The translations under genes were made by a program, and so were the position numbers. 64,000 nucleotides of DNA. Origin: Ostreococcus lucimarinus (taxonomy: Eukaryota). This document shows positions 29,784-40,937 of the stretch, one piece after another. The stretch lies in assembly GCA_000092065.1 (NCBI GenBank), contig CP000589.1; one strand, 5' to 3'. Below the pieces are notes generated by a model, which saw only the letters and a program-made list of their open reading frames with translations, was not told the origin of the DNA and did not search any database. The first letter of the stretch is position 1. The number at the start of each line of letters is the position of its first letter.

Positions 29784-30839
29784 TCATTTCCCAATAGTGG
29801 AGTGAACGTTTGCCTCCGACGCGCGCACGTCCTTTGCGTCAGATTTCCCCGAAACACGAATCCCAGACGCGTCGACGCGGTACTCGAAAGACGTCAACGG
29901 CGCGAGCGGGCTCTTTACGATTTTCAACGCTCGTCTGTCTTCCAACACCTCGAGCGCGATGCGCGTGTTCACGCAGTGCGCCCACTTCGTGCCGAGCGCG
30001 GCGGTGATTCCACTCGATTCATCCGCGACATCATCACCGCCATCGCTCGCGTGCCGAGCGAACGTTCCAATTTTCGTCGTCACCTGATTCACCGCGAGCA
30101 CCGCGAGCGCGTGCTTCTCCGCGTGCCGCTTGAGCGTCGACGCCACCGCGCCCAACGCGCTCTGCCGCTGCACCACCTTCTCTCGTCCGAACTCCGCGCG
30201 CGCGAGATGCGCGATGGAGTCTATGATCACCAACCGCACCTTGTGATCGATGATCGCCTCCTCCAACGCGTCCAATCGTTTATTCAAATCCGTCAGACTC
30301 GTCGGCGTCACCACGTGCACTCTGCGCGCGAGCGCGTGCACGCTTTCCTCATCCTCAAACGCCCCGGGGAATTTCTCGCGCGCGATCTCCGCCAGACGCG
30401 CCCCACTGAATTTCCGTTCGGCGTCGACGTAAATCACCCCCCCATCGCGTCCACCGACGCGCGCCGGCGCCGCCGCGCTCGCGCACGCCGCGAGACACAG
30501 CTGCGTCTTTCCCGCGCCCGCCGCGCCGACCACCTCCGTCACCGCGCCGACGCGCAGCCCACCGCCGAGCGCTTTGTCCACGTCCTCGATGACGAGTGGG
30601 ACGTATTGCGACCTTCGCAGCGCGTCGAGCGCCGTCGTGGGCGTCGGCGCGACGGCTTTCGCGACGCTGATTATGAACTGTCGCGCGCGGTGCATCGAAA
30701 CGTCGGCGAGCTCGACGACGTCCAACGGGGCGCGATAGAGCGCGTCTTCGGCGGTGCGACATCCTCGGGACTCGAGCTTGGCGGCGAGGGTTTGGTCGAC
30801 CGCGGGTAAGCGGTCGAGGGTGCGACGGGACGCGGACAT
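29784..30839 (-). CDS. XRCC3: RAD51 paralog, XRCC3-like
   Basis: Walker A GAAGAGKTQLCL, VNQVTTKI, LGTKWAHCVNTRIALE, C-terminal LKIVKSPLAP...YRVDASGIRVSG parallel human XRCC3. Confidence 0.7.
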   Translation of the reverse strand: MSASRRTLDRLPAVDQTLAAKLESRGCRTAEDALYRAPLDVVELADVSMHRARQFIISVAKAVAPTPTTALDALRRSQYVPLVIEDVDKALGGGLRVGAVTEVVGAAGAGKTQLCLAACASAAAPARVGGRDGGVIYVDAERKFSGARLAEIAREKFPGAFEDEESVHALARRVHVVTPTSLTDLNKRLDALEEAIIDHKVRLVIIDSIAHLARAEFGREKVVQRQSALGAVASTLKRHAEKHALAVLAVNQVTTKIGTFARHASDGGDDVADESSGITAALGTKWAHCVNTRIALEVLEDRRALKIVKSPLAPLTSFEYRVDASGIRVSGKSDAKDVRASEANVHSTIGK

Positions 30840-30941
30840 GGCGCGCGAGGCGCGGTGTGGCGACGACGGATGACGAACGCGAATGTGTATGCTTTGTTTT
30901 ACAGGAAGAAATAGGGTAGTTGCGGTGGTGCGGGGATGTCA

Positions 30942-33056
30942 TCACGCCGACGCCGAAGTCGCCGCGCGGCGGGTGCCGCGACGTCGAACTGTGCGGCGGA
31001 AGAAGGTGCGCCGGATGCCTCGGACAAAGTCGAAAAACGGCTGCGCGAGGCGGCCGAAGACGATGGAGAGCAAGACGCAGCCGAGAGAGAAGGACTCCTT
31101 GACGTGTTCGGCGATGGACACCGAACGAAGACCAGTGAAGAGCTCTCGTCGAAGGGTCTTGTCCGTGGCGAGCATTTGCGCGGCGTCCTTGGCGAGGGCG
31201 AAGATGGGGACGTTGACGCCGCCCTTGGCGCCGATGCCAGCCATGTCCATCAAATTGCGCAGGCGTTCCCATTCGAATCGCTCCTTGACGACGACGACTT
31301 TGAGCAAACGAAGTCGAAGCGCGGGGTCGGGGTCGGTGAGCAGCCGACGTGCGACGTACGGAAACGCGGCGTCGAGTAAGTTGAAGTCTGGGTTGAGCGT
31401 CAAGCAAATGTTCTCCTGCGTGAGCAGCGAGCGAATGACGAGGGAGAAACGCTCGGGAACGCGGATGGGGTAATCGTACAAGAGCTTGTTGAACTCTCGA
31501 GTGAGACCTCGGAACGAAAACTTTTCCGTGCTCGCCAGCGATTGCAGCGCTTCGTCTCCCCACACGTCGGCCAAGCCTTCGGCGACGGGGCCGATGTCCG
31601 CGCCGGCTTGCAAAAAGCCCAAATCCGCCAACGTTTCGGCCAACGCCTCGTAATCACGGTTCATCGTGTGCACGACAGCGTCAATCAAGCTTTCTTGGTT
31701 CGCCCGCGAAATTTCCGCGACGTTACCAAAGTCCACGTACGCGATGTCGCCGTCACGCAACGCCAAAACATTTCCGGGATGCGGATCTCCATGAAACAAG
31801 CCAAACTCTAGCAATTGCTTCAAGCCAGCCTCGACACCGTTGACCAGGAATCGTGCGCGCGCGGCGTCGTCGGCGAAGGCGTCTTCGCGCGTGCATCGCA
31901 CGCCGGGTTGCCAGTGCATCACGAGCACTCGCGGACCGCTCAATTCGGCGACGACGGGCGGAATGTGCACGCTCTCGTCGTTTCGAAAGTTGAACGCGAA
32001 GTCTCGCAAGTTTCTCGCCTCTTGCACAAAGTCCAACTCCTCCAACAACTTCTCCGCGAATTCGTCGACTAAGAGCGACGCCGAGCACCCGAGATTGGCT
32101 CGCGCATACTTGTCAAAAAATTTCAGCGCCGCCGCGCGCAAAAGAAACAAATCCATCACGCACTGCGCGCGCGTGTTCGGTCGTAAGACTTTTATCGCGA
32201 CGTCGGTGCCATCTGTTTTCAGTTTACCTCTGTAAACTTGCCCGATCGACGCCGCCGCGATGGGTTCTTCGGAGATTTCGCTGAAAGTCTCCTCGATGAG
32301 CCGGCCCGTTTCTTCCTCGATTATCTTAAACGCCAGCTTTGAATTGAACGGCGGCACGCGATCCTGAAGCTTCGTCAGCTCTTCCATCAGATCCTCGTTC
32401 ACCAAATCAGGTCTGTTCGCCAGATTTTGCCCGAGTTTCACGAATAACGGCCCGAGTTCGCACAGCGTCTCCTTCACCGCCGCCCCCCAGCGCGACCCGC
32501 CGTCGGCTTCGTCCAGCTTTTGCAAGCGCGCCTGCTTATTCTTCAACTTCCCCAGCACGACCGCCAAACGCGCCGATCGCTGCGCCAGCTCAAACGGTCT
32601 CGCCAGCGCTTCCTGACGCACCGCGTCGGGATCGTATCGCGTCACCATTCGACAAAAATCTCGATCCGCCTCGAGCGTTTCCTTATCCTTCACCTTCTTC
32701 TCCCGCCCCGCGTCGACTTTCACCGGTTTCGCCTTCACCCTCACCGTCTTCCCGATCGCCCCTCCCCCGCCGCTCTTCGAGACGTCTTCCCCGCTCTCCA
32801 TCGGCGGCGGCGCGACCGCGCCCGTGCGCGTCGTCGACCCTCTGCTCGGCGTCCGCGCGCGTCCCGCTCGCCGCGAGGTCGCCGCGTCGTCGCCTCGCCT
32901 CCCCACCGCCACCGCGCGCGCCCATCGCGCGCTCGCGCGCGCGCGCGCCGTCGTCGCGATCGCCCGCGTCGACGCGCGCGCGATCCGCGGCATCGCGCGT
33001 CCCGCGCGCGCCGTCGTCGCGCCCGGCGCCGCGATTCCCAACCTCGTCGTCGTCAT
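30942..33056 (-). CDS. ABC1/ADCK (UbiB-family) atypical kinase, plastid ABC1K-like
   Basis: [13 protein letters not shown]...[37 protein letters not shown]. Confidence 0.8.
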   Translation of the reverse strand: MTTTRLGIAAPGATTARAGRAMPRIARASTRAIATTARARASARWARAVAVGRRGDDAATSRRAGRARTPSRGSTTRTGAVAPPPMESGEDVSKSGGGGAIGKTVRVKAKPVKVDAGREKKVKDKETLEADRDFCRMVTRYDPDAVRQEALARPFELAQRSARLAVVLGKLKNKQARLQKLDEADGGSRWGAAVKETLCELGPLFVKLGQNLANRPDLVNEDLMEELTKLQDRVPPFNSKLAFKIIEEETGRLIEETFSEISEEPIAAASIGQVYRGKLKTDGTDVAIKVLRPNTRAQCVMDLFLLRAAALKFFDKYARANLGCSASLLVDEFAEKLLEELDFVQEARNLRDFAFNFRNDESVHIPPVVAELSGPRVLVMHWQPGVRCTREDAFADDAARARFLVNGVEAGLKQLLEFGLFHGDPHPGNVLALRDGDIAYVDFGNVAEISRANQESLIDAVVHTMNRDYEALAETLADLGFLQAGADIGPVAEGLADVWGDEALQSLASTEKFSFRGLTREFNKLLYDYPIRVPERFSLVIRSLLTQENICLTLNPDFNLLDAAFPYVARRLLTDPDPALRLRLLKVVVVKERFEWERLRNLMDMAGIGAKGGVNVPIFALAKDAAQMLATDKTLRRELFTGLRSVSIAEHVKESFSLGCVLLSIVFGRLAQPFFDFVRGIRRTFFRRTVRRRGTRRAATSASA

Positions 33057-33308
33057 CGTCGCCGCGCGCGCCGCCGTCGCGCGCGCGCCTCGCCCGCGTC
33101 CGCTACCGGCGCGTCGCCCGCGTCGTCCGCGTCGCCGTCGACGCGCGCGGCTCGATCCGCGCGCGAGTCCGCGCGCGCGTCGCGAACCCGCGCGTCGCGT
33201 TGTCGCCCCGCATTACGACGCGCGGATTCGCGACGCGCCGACGCGCGCCTCGCCGACGCTCGACGTCGATCGACGCCTCGCGCGCGCGACGCCGCGACTC
33301 GCCGCGCC

Positions 33309-35752
33309 ATGGCGTCGCGCGCGCCGCGCGTCGCGACGCCGCGCGTCGCCGTCGCCGCGCGCGGATTTCGTGACGGCGCGCGCGTCCGACGCGCGACGCC
33401 GTGGCGCGCGCGCGACCGCGTCGTCGCCGCCGCGGACGCGCGCGACGGCGCGAGCGACCGCGCGGACGCGTCGCGCGCGGGCGGTCGCGGCCGAGGTGCG
33501 ACCGCGCGACGCGCGAGTTCGCATCGCGCGCGAGCGTCCCTAACGACCTCGATCGACGAATGCGCGACGAATGGGCGACGACTGACGCGCGAAACGCGTG
33601 AAACAGGCGCTGCGCGACAGGGAGGACGCGGACGAGGACGCGGTGCGCGCGGGGGAGGGCGCGGACGGGGCGGCCGGGGACGGGTGCGGATACAGAGCGA
33701 TGGGAAACAACACCTCGGGCAGACGCTCGAGTACGCGAAGGAGAAGGCGTTTCCGAGCGCGAGCGCGGACGATTCGGGAGATTTGATCGATGATCCGCCG
33801 CTGAAGATACTGCCGCTCGGTGGGTTGGGTGAGATTGGGATGAATTGCATGCTCGTCGGGAGCGGGGATCGATACGTGCTGCTCGACGCGGGGTTGATGT
33901 TTCCGGAGTGAGTGCGCGAGGGCGAGCGAACGCGGCGCGAGCGAGCGAGCGACGACGAGAGCGCGAGGACTGACATGGGTTGCTTTGCGCGCGCGCGAAC
34001 AGTCACGAGGAATTGGGTATTCAGAAAGTGCTGCCGGACGTGTCGTTTTTGGCGCGTTGGAAGGATAAGATTGAGGCGGTGCTCATCACGCACGGACACG
34101 AGGACCACATCGGGGCGTTGCCGTGGGTCGTGCCCGCGCTCGACCCGTCGACGCCAATCTACGCGGGTTTGTTCACCATGCAGCTCATCAAGCGGCGCAT
34201 GCAGGAATACTCTCTGTGGAACGATCAACGGTTCAAGGTTTTCGACATGAACGAGCGGTTTCAGGCTGGACCGTTTGAGATGGAGGCGGTTCGCGTGACG
34301 CACTCCATTCCGGATTGTTGCGGGTTGATTTTCCGTTCAGAACACGGGACGATCGTGCACACGGGGGATTGGAAAATCGATGAAAATCCAGTCGATGGAC
34401 GCATATTCGATCGCACGTCGTGGGAACGCGTCGGGAACGAGGGCGTGACGCTCATGATGAGCGACAGTACCAACGTTTTGTCGCCGGGGCGCACGATCAG
34501 CGAATCCGCCGTGAGCGAGGGCATCATGCGTAGGGTGTTGGGCCATCGCGGACGGATCATCACCACACAGTTCGCGTCGAACATACATCGACTCTACGGC
34601 GTTCGCGCCGCGGCCGAGGCCACGGGGCGTCAGATTGCGTTCTTGGGCATGTCCTTGACGACGTACCTCGAGGCGGCGAAGCGAGCTGGCATCGCGCCAA
34701 TCGATCCTGAGAAACTCATCCCGGCAGACGAGATCGACAACTGCGATCCCAGTAAGTTACTCATCGTCACCACTGGGTCTCAAGGCGAAGAGCGCGCGCA
34801 ACTCGCCCTCGCTGCGCACGGAAGCTCGCGACTTTTGACGTTGCAACCGGAGGATCTGTTGCTGTATTCGGCGAAGATGATTCCCGGAAACGAAAAGCGA
34901 GTCATGCGTATGATGAATGAAATCGCCAAGCGCGGACCGGAGATCGCGATGGGACGCGAAGATTGCTTGCACTCATCGGGTCACGGGTACAAGGACGAAC
35001 TAGACGAGGTGATCAAGCTATTGAAACCCGAGCACTTCTTACCAGTGCACGGCGAGTATGCGTTTTTACGAGCGCACGAGCAACTTGCACGACAATCTGG
35101 CGTACGACACACGACTGTGATCGGGAACGGCGAGATGCTTGGTGTGACACCTTTAAGGAAGAAGCAATCACACGGCACTATGGGTAACTTTCACCGCATA
35201 GGAAAGGCGCGTTTACAAACAATGTTCAACGACGGAGGTTGGGGGAGCGGCACGTCAGAGGACATGGCCATCGAGGAACGAATGCGCATCGCCGTCGAAG
35301 GTATCATCGTGTGCGACTACGAAATTTCCAACGACGGTAATAATTTAATCGCCGCAAAGGCGCGCGTGACGTCGCGCGGCATGTGGACCGACGACGGTCG
35401 TCTGCTGGAGTCTGTGCGGTCGAGCGCCATCGCCGCGTCCGCCGACATGCCCGTCGGTACCAAGCTCAGCACCGTCGAACGCGCTGTATCCAGCGCCATT
35501 CGTTTCGCCGTGAAGAACTACTGCAACAAGCGACCAGATGTCATCGTCGTCGCGCATCGTGCGGGCGAGTCTTCACGTCCCATCCCCAAACTCGACGCCG
35601 TGGAAGACGACGACGACGACGAAGGCGGGCAAAAGCGATACCCCAAGCGCACGATGTCCCCGACCGACGTCAGACCGCTTCGAGGCGATTACAAAGGACC
35701 GGGACCATCGGGAGGCGAACGCCACAAACGTCGCGACTCGGAGTATCAGTGA
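33309..35752 (+). CDS. RNJ: Ribonuclease J (metallo-beta-lactamase/beta-CASP), 2 exons 33309..33907 and 34003..35752; Arg/Ala-rich transit-like N-terminus and an RGG-box insert
   Basis: Exon1 ends ...[33 protein letters not shown](E/D); donor GTGAGT at 33908, acceptor AACAG at 34002; exon2 continues [16 protein letters not shown]...[14 protein letters not shown] exactly as bacterial/plastid RNase J. Confidence 0.75.
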
Positions 35753-35863
35753 GCGAGCCGTCGCGAGCGAGCGACATTTTGATTGCGCCGAACAAACGGC
35801 GAAAATTTTAGTACGCAGACTGTGAATATTATTTTACATCTCTCGGAGTCACGTCGACTTTTG

Positions 35864-36313
35864 TCACATGGACTTTTCAACGTACTTCACCATCAGCGCG
35901 TCGTTCCCTCGCACCGTCGTCTCCACCGCCAAATCTCGGAGGGCTTGCCAATCGAAATTCTCCCGCGCGTAGGCGGCCCTCGTCTCCATCAACCTCAACG
36001 CCGCCAATCGCAACTGCGGCTCGTCCCGCATGAGCGCCTCCAACCACTCGTCTCCGTTTCGCAGCGGATGCGTCTCCAAAAACCCCGCGAGCGCGCTCGA
36101 CAGCGCGGTCGATCCGCCTTCGTTGTCGTAGCTCAGCTCTTGGTCGAGCGTCGTGCGAACCGCGGCGACGGTGAACAGCGTCTTCAGCGCCTCGCTCGCC
36201 TTCATCTCGGGCGACACGCCGTAGCCGAACGCGTCGGGCAGCGTCGACGCGCGCGCGCGCGCTCGCGCGCGCCGCGGCGCCGCCAGCGCCGGCCGAAACG
36301 TCCACGTCAGCAT
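35864..36313 (-). CDS. RBCX: RbcX-like RuBisCO assembly chaperone (plastid targeted)
   Basis: LFTVAAVRTTLDQ (cf. RbcX YLTYQAVRTV) and GDEWLEALMRDEPQLRLAALRLMETRAAYA (cf. GEAFLEELLRENKELALRIMEVRE). Confidence 0.6.
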   Translation of the reverse strand: MLTWTFRPALAAPRRARARARASTLPDAFGYGVSPEMKASEALKTLFTVAAVRTTLDQELSYDNEGGSTALSSALAGFLETHPLRNGDEWLEALMRDEPQLRLAALRLMETRAAYARENFDWQALRDLAVETTVRGNDALMVKYVEKSM

Positions 36314-36315
36314 GC

Positions 36316-38295
36316 GTGCGCTTTATTGCGCGACGCTTTATGCGGCTGATCGCGCGCGCGCGCGCGAGGGTCGATCGTCCGACGCGCGCGCGAACGCGAC
36401 GCAAAGCGCGATCGAGCGCGCCGCCGCGCGGCGGGCGCGCGGAGGCGCGAAGCGAGGGCGCGCGCGCGGATTCAGACGCGGCGGCGTGTCGAGTGAAATT
36501 CGCATTCGAAGGCACGGCGCGACTGTACGGTGACGCGCGATACGAGCGGCTGCGCGCGGCGCACGTCCTCGTCGTCGGACTGGGCGGCGTCGGGAGCTGG
36601 GCGGTGGAGGCGCTCGCGCGCACGGGCGTGGGACGGTTGACGCTGATCGATTTGGACGCGGTGTGCGAGACGAACGTGAATCGACAAGCGGAGGCGACGG
36701 TCGAGACGATCGGGGCGTTCAAGGCGGACGCGATGATGGATAGAGTGCGAGCGATAAATCCCGATTGCGACGTGCGCGTCGTGAGAGATTTTGTGCAGCG
36801 AGAGAACGTGGAGGAAATCTTGGGAGGGGCGGCGAGAGAGGTCGGCGGCGGCGTCGATTACGTGCTCGATGCGATCGACAAGGAGAAGGATAAAGCAGCC
36901 ATCATCGCGTATTGCGTGTCGGAGAGGATACGGATATGCTCCACGGGTGGTGCGGGTGGAGTGGATTCGTTGAGTGAGCTGCGCGCGGAGGACTTGGCGA
37001 ACGTGACGTTTAATCGGTTGTTGAGCTCGACGCGAAAGACGTTGCGAAAGCGGTACGCGTTTCCCAAGGAGTCGGGCGACGGCGGGTCGTTTCCCGGGGC
37101 GAATAAGGGCAAGCGTAAGTCGCAGGGGAAGTGGGGCGTGAAGTGCGTGTACGCGCCGGAGAACGATAACACATTTAAAAAGGCCGGGACGAAGGGGCGA
37201 GGTGGGATCGGTTGCGAAGGCGTCGGCGGTTCAGCCGTGTTCGTCACGGGCGCCATCGGGTTCAAGGCGGCGTCGGAAATCGTGATCGATCTTGTGCAAG
37301 ATTCGATGGCGGATGGTAATTCAAGTAATAAACAACCATCGACGGCGACAACTGGGTGGCGCTCGCGCGTGTGGCCGCCGAATGATACGTCCGATACCGC
37401 GGACGATTCGGCGCAAACGCCGAATGAAGACTCGCAAAAAGTTATCCCGGGGCGACAAGACGAACTTCAACCGACGACGGCGAGTCTCGAAGCCGCGCGC
37501 GCGCTAGATTCTGTAGAAATGTTCGATGCGCACTGTCACTGGCATTTGGACGGCGAACGCAAAGCCATTCGCAAGCTTTGCGCGAAACTCGCCGGGGCGG
37601 CGATGACGACGACGAGGCCGGGTGACTGGGGCGCTGCTCAAGCCGTTCGCGAGGGCGACGACGGACTGAACGTGAACGTCCCGATAGCTCTAGGCGTGCA
37701 CCCGTGGTGGGCACACTTAGAAAAGGAAGGTAAAGACGACTGGATGCGAGAGCTACGGCTTAATATCGAATCGACGCCAAACTCCGTCGTCGGCGAAATC
37801 GGCCTCGACAAAGTCGCGACGCCACCAGATGGGTCGCAGCCCGATTACGAAAATCAGCTTGATTGTTTTAAGCGTCAACTAGCACTCGCAACGGATGTGC
37901 GTCGACCGGTCGTCGTACACAGCGTCAAGGCGACAGGGGACATGATGGATATATTCAGGAACTCAGCCGAGTTACCACCTCGAATCTTCATGCACTCGTT
38001 TGGGGGGTCCGAGGATTTTATGAAACAACTCACGAAGATGAAGAAATTCGGCGACCGTTTTTATTACGGATTTTCATCCGTCATTAACCTTCGCTCACCG
38101 AAAACGCAGGGTGTCATAAAGGCTGTACCTGACGACAGACTGCTCCTGGAGAGCGACTTGTGCGACCCGACGTGCGCCGAGGACGAGTTGCGAACGATGC
38201 TAGCAATCATTGCCGACGTAAAAGGGTGGACGGTGAAGGAAGCCGCGCGCGTGACGCGAGAAAATGCGATACGATTCTACTCGTCTAGCGTGTAA
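36316..38295 (+). CDS. Fusion protein: N-terminal ThiF-family tRNA threonylcarbamoyladenosine dehydratase (TcdA/CsdL-like) plus C-terminal TatD-family metal-dependent hydrolase
   Basis: FEGTARLYGDARYERLRAAHVLVVGLGGVGSWAVEALARTGVGRLTLIDLDAVCETNVNRQ is near-identical in pattern to E. coli TcdA; C-terminal FDAHCHWHLD, GEIGLD, VVVHSV, FMHSFGGS, LLLESD are the TatD motifs; one uninterrupted 659-codon ORF. Start uncertain (abuts the RbcX start). Confidence 0.7.
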   Translation: MRFIARRFMRLIARARARVDRPTRARTRRKARSSAPPRGGRAEARSEGARADSDAAACRVKFAFEGTARLYGDARYERLRAAHVLVVGLGGVGSWAVEALARTGVGRLTLIDLDAVCETNVNRQAEATVETIGAFKADAMMDRVRAINPDCDVRVVRDFVQRENVEEILGGAAREVGGGVDYVLDAIDKEKDKAAIIAYCVSERIRICSTGGAGGVDSLSELRAEDLANVTFNRLLSSTRKTLRKRYAFPKESGDGGSFPGANKGKRKSQGKWGVKCVYAPENDNTFKKAGTKGRGGIGCEGVGGSAVFVTGAIGFKAASEIVIDLVQDSMADGNSSNKQPSTATTGWRSRVWPPNDTSDTADDSAQTPNEDSQKVIPGRQDELQPTTASLEAARALDSVEMFDAHCHWHLDGERKAIRKLCAKLAGAAMTTTRPGDWGAAQAVREGDDGLNVNVPIALGVHPWWAHLEKEGKDDWMRELRLNIESTPNSVVGEIGLDKVATPPDGSQPDYENQLDCFKRQLALATDVRRPVVVHSVKATGDMMDIFRNSAELPPRIFMHSFGGSEDFMKQLTKMKKFGDRFYYGFSSVINLRSPKTQGVIKAVPDDRLLLESDLCDPTCAEDELRTMLAIIADVKGWTVKEAARVTRENAIRFYSSSV

Positions 38296-38356
38296 TCTCA
38301 TCGATCGTTTAGAATGTGTGTCGTCTGTTTCAATCTGTTGGTTGCTATCGTTTCGT

Positions 38357-40696
38357 CTAAAAGTAGATGCGTTGGACTTCGCTCTCGGCGAAAGGTAACG
38401 AACATCCTGGACACTTGCGCTGACGTGACACCACGCGTTTGTTGATGCACTCTTCGCAGAACATGTGCCAGCATCGGGTGATGATGACGGCTTTTTGTCT
38501 CTCGCCTTGACACACGTTGCAGTTCATCAACGTCTTGTACGCGTCCACTTCCGCGTGCAAATCCTTAGTCCCGCCCTCTTTGAGTAAGCGGTCGCATTTC
38601 TTTTTCAGGCTGGCGGCAGTAGTTTCAGCCTTAACTCGAGCGGCTTTTTCGGCTTCGAGTTTGGCGATTTCGCTTTCGCTGCGCTTCGTCAACGTCGCGA
38701 CGTTCTTTTCTGATGCGGCGAGCTTATCGCGAACTTCAACGACTTGTTTCTCCATCGCGCGAAGCTGCGCCTTTGATCGGTCTACGTTTTCGCTGTTCCC
38801 ACTGACTTGCTCTTGCATCTTCTCGAACGCCGTTGTGGCTTCGGCGAGTTGTTCCTCGAGCTCTCTCGTTCGTTGGTCTGCGAGCTCGAGATCGCGCTTG
38901 TAATACGCAGCCGTTTCGTTCACTCGCTCGCACTCGTCTTCGAACTTCTTGGCAGAAGATTGCGCCGCGATGCGCTCGCTCGCCGACTTGTTTTGCGCCT
39001 CTTCGCTCGACGCGATGCGACTGAGGAGACGCGTGCTTTGTTCTTGCGCCTCGGCGTACGCGCCTGAAATCGCTTCAATCTCTTCGACGTACATCATCAC
39101 TTCTGCTTGCTTTTCTTCAAGCGCTGCGTTCGCCGCCGTGGCAGTCGCTTCAGCGCCCGCAAGCTGCTCCTTAAGCGTCACAATTTGCTTCTCTAGATCC
39201 GCCGTCTTGGCGGTCGACTTCTTCGCCGCGGACTTTTCGAGAGACGCGACGGATTCGGTGAGCGACTTGACTCGTTCTTCCGCCGCAGCTTTCTCAACCT
39301 TCGCCTTATCGAATAACGCGTACGACTCCTTGAACCTAGTATTTTCATCTTTCAGCACTTTGTTCTCCTTGAGCACGATTTCGAGCATTTTGAGCTTTTC
39401 CTCTTGCGCGACCGCGCCGCCTTGTTTCTGCGTCAGCGAACGCACTTTGTGATCCAATTCATCGCGCAAGGCGCTGATGTGCGAAATGCGCGCTTCCAAC
39501 TCATCCACATGCGCTTCCATTGAGCTCAGACGCTTCATTGCAGCTTCACCACGCTCCGCAGCTTGCCTATCGCGGATCGATTCTTGCATGGCACCGTCCA
39601 TTCGGCGACGGACCGAGCGCAAGTCTTCCGTGAGCTTGTCGTTCTCTTGCTTGGCGTTTTCGTATCGAGTGTTGAGCGCGACGTATGCGGCCGATTTTTC
39701 GATGTTCCCACCATGACTTTGCGCGTCACCTTGCGCGCGAACTTGCACCGCTAACGTTGACTTCTCCTTGTTCAACTCGGCGATGGTCTTCTCTTGAATC
39801 TTCACTTTGGCTTCGAGCTCGGCGATTTCACCGTTGAGCTTGGCTAGATCTCCGGCGGCTGCTTGCGGCGCCGCGGGCGTTCCGGGACGACTATCGGGAC
39901 CGGCCCCGACCTTTGCTCCGTCTGCCACGGCGGCCGCCTTCGCCTGCGCCTCGGCACCCGCCGCGCGAGCGTCCTCCGCCGTCGCCATCTTGGGCAACCC
40001 CTCGATGGTGTCGTCGCCCCCATTCGCCTTGGCGATGGCCAAACGCCGTCGCGTCCCCAAGAGCTGCACCTCCATCTCGTCTAATTCAGCCTGCAACTCC
40101 TTACAACGCGCTGAATCTCGCAAGTACGCGTGCGTCAACGCGTCGTAATCCCGCATCGTCTTCAGCCGACTCGCCTCGAGCGCGTCGATTTTCTTCTTCA
40201 GCTCGGCGTCCCCCGCCCCCGAAGTCTTCGCCTCGATCGCATCCAACACCGCCGCCAATCGTGCCTTGGTATCGTCCGCTTTATCCCTCAAACTCTTCAC
40301 CAGCTTCTCGCGATCCTCATCCTCAAACCTCGACGTCCCGTCCTCCAGTTCGTCCGCCGTCTCGTTCGTTCCGCCCCGTTCGTCGCCGTCGCCTCCGCGT
40401 TTCCGTTTCCCTGTCCCCTCCACCACGTGCTGATCCCCCGCCAGCTCGATCAATCGTTTCAAGAACGGATCGACGTACGCTCCCTCGTTCCCGTCCTCTT
40501 TCTTCGCCGCGCTCGTCTTTTTCGTCCCGTTCGCCTTGGCCGCCAACGCGTCGATCGCCGCGTTCGCCGCGTTCCACTCATTCGTCACGATCCCAAGCAC
40601 GCTCTCGTACTTCTCGCGCAGCTTTTCGTGCGCCGCGAGTTTTCGTTCGAGATCGCGCACTTCCTCGCGCCGCGCTTCGAGCTGTCGCGCGTCCAT
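38357..40696 (-). CDS. BRE1: BRE1/HUB-type E3 ubiquitin ligase (histone H2B monoubiquitination): long coiled coil plus C-terminal C3HC4 RING
   Basis: C-terminal CNVCQGERQKAVIITRCWHMFCEECINKRVVSRQRKCPGC...VQRIYF; start at MDARQLEARREE (40696). Confidence 0.75.
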   Translation of the reverse strand: MDARQLEARREEVRDLERKLAAHEKLREKYESVLGIVTNEWNAANAAIDALAAKANGTKKTSAAKKEDGNEGAYVDPFLKRLIELAGDQHVVEGTGKRKRGGDGDERGGTNETADELEDGTSRFEDEDREKLVKSLRDKADDTKARLAAVLDAIEAKTSGAGDAELKKKIDALEASRLKTMRDYDALTHAYLRDSARCKELQAELDEMEVQLLGTRRRLAIAKANGGDDTIEGLPKMATAEDARAAGAEAQAKAAAVADGAKVGAGPDSRPGTPAAPQAAAGDLAKLNGEIAELEAKVKIQEKTIAELNKEKSTLAVQVRAQGDAQSHGGNIEKSAAYVALNTRYENAKQENDKLTEDLRSVRRRMDGAMQESIRDRQAAERGEAAMKRLSSMEAHVDELEARISHISALRDELDHKVRSLTQKQGGAVAQEEKLKMLEIVLKENKVLKDENTRFKESYALFDKAKVEKAAAEERVKSLTESVASLEKSAAKKSTAKTADLEKQIVTLKEQLAGAEATATAANAALEEKQAEVMMYVEEIEAISGAYAEAQEQSTRLLSRIASSEEAQNKSASERIAAQSSAKKFEDECERVNETAAYYKRDLELADQRTRELEEQLAEATTAFEKMQEQVSGNSENVDRSKAQLRAMEKQVVEVRDKLAASEKNVATLTKRSESEIAKLEAEKAARVKAETTAASLKKKCDRLLKEGGTKDLHAEVDAYKTLMNCNVCQGERQKAVIITRCWHMFCEECINKRVVSRQRKCPGCSLPFAESEVQRIYF

Positions 40697-40937
40697 CGTC
40701 GTCAGTCGCGCCGTCGTCCACGCTCGACTCGAGTTCGATCGCGCAATCTTTCCCCGCGTCCATCGCGCCGCGCCCTTCCGCGCGCGTCCGGGCGCGTCGT
40801 TCGCGCGCATCGCGTCGCGCGCGCACCTGTCCGCCGAGCTGTTGGTTTTTAAACCGCAACACCGGCGCGTCTTCGGCCATTTGAAGATGGATTTGCGGCG
40901 TCGAATGCCGCCACGCGCGCGTCTGGTCGCCACTGTT

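Noticed and set aside
32520-33300. 5' part of plus ORF 32520..33911
   Set aside because: Antisense to the ABC1 kinase; only the last 200 codons (from ATG 33309) belong to RNase J exon 1
22904-40696. Apparent clustering of DNA-repair and chromatin genes (RAD54, XRCC3, BRE1, plus PRMT5 and MYST HAT further out)
   Set aside because: This is a spliceosomal eukaryotic genome with independent promoters and mixed strands; with about 36 genes in 64 kb this co-occurrence is not evidence of an operon-like system
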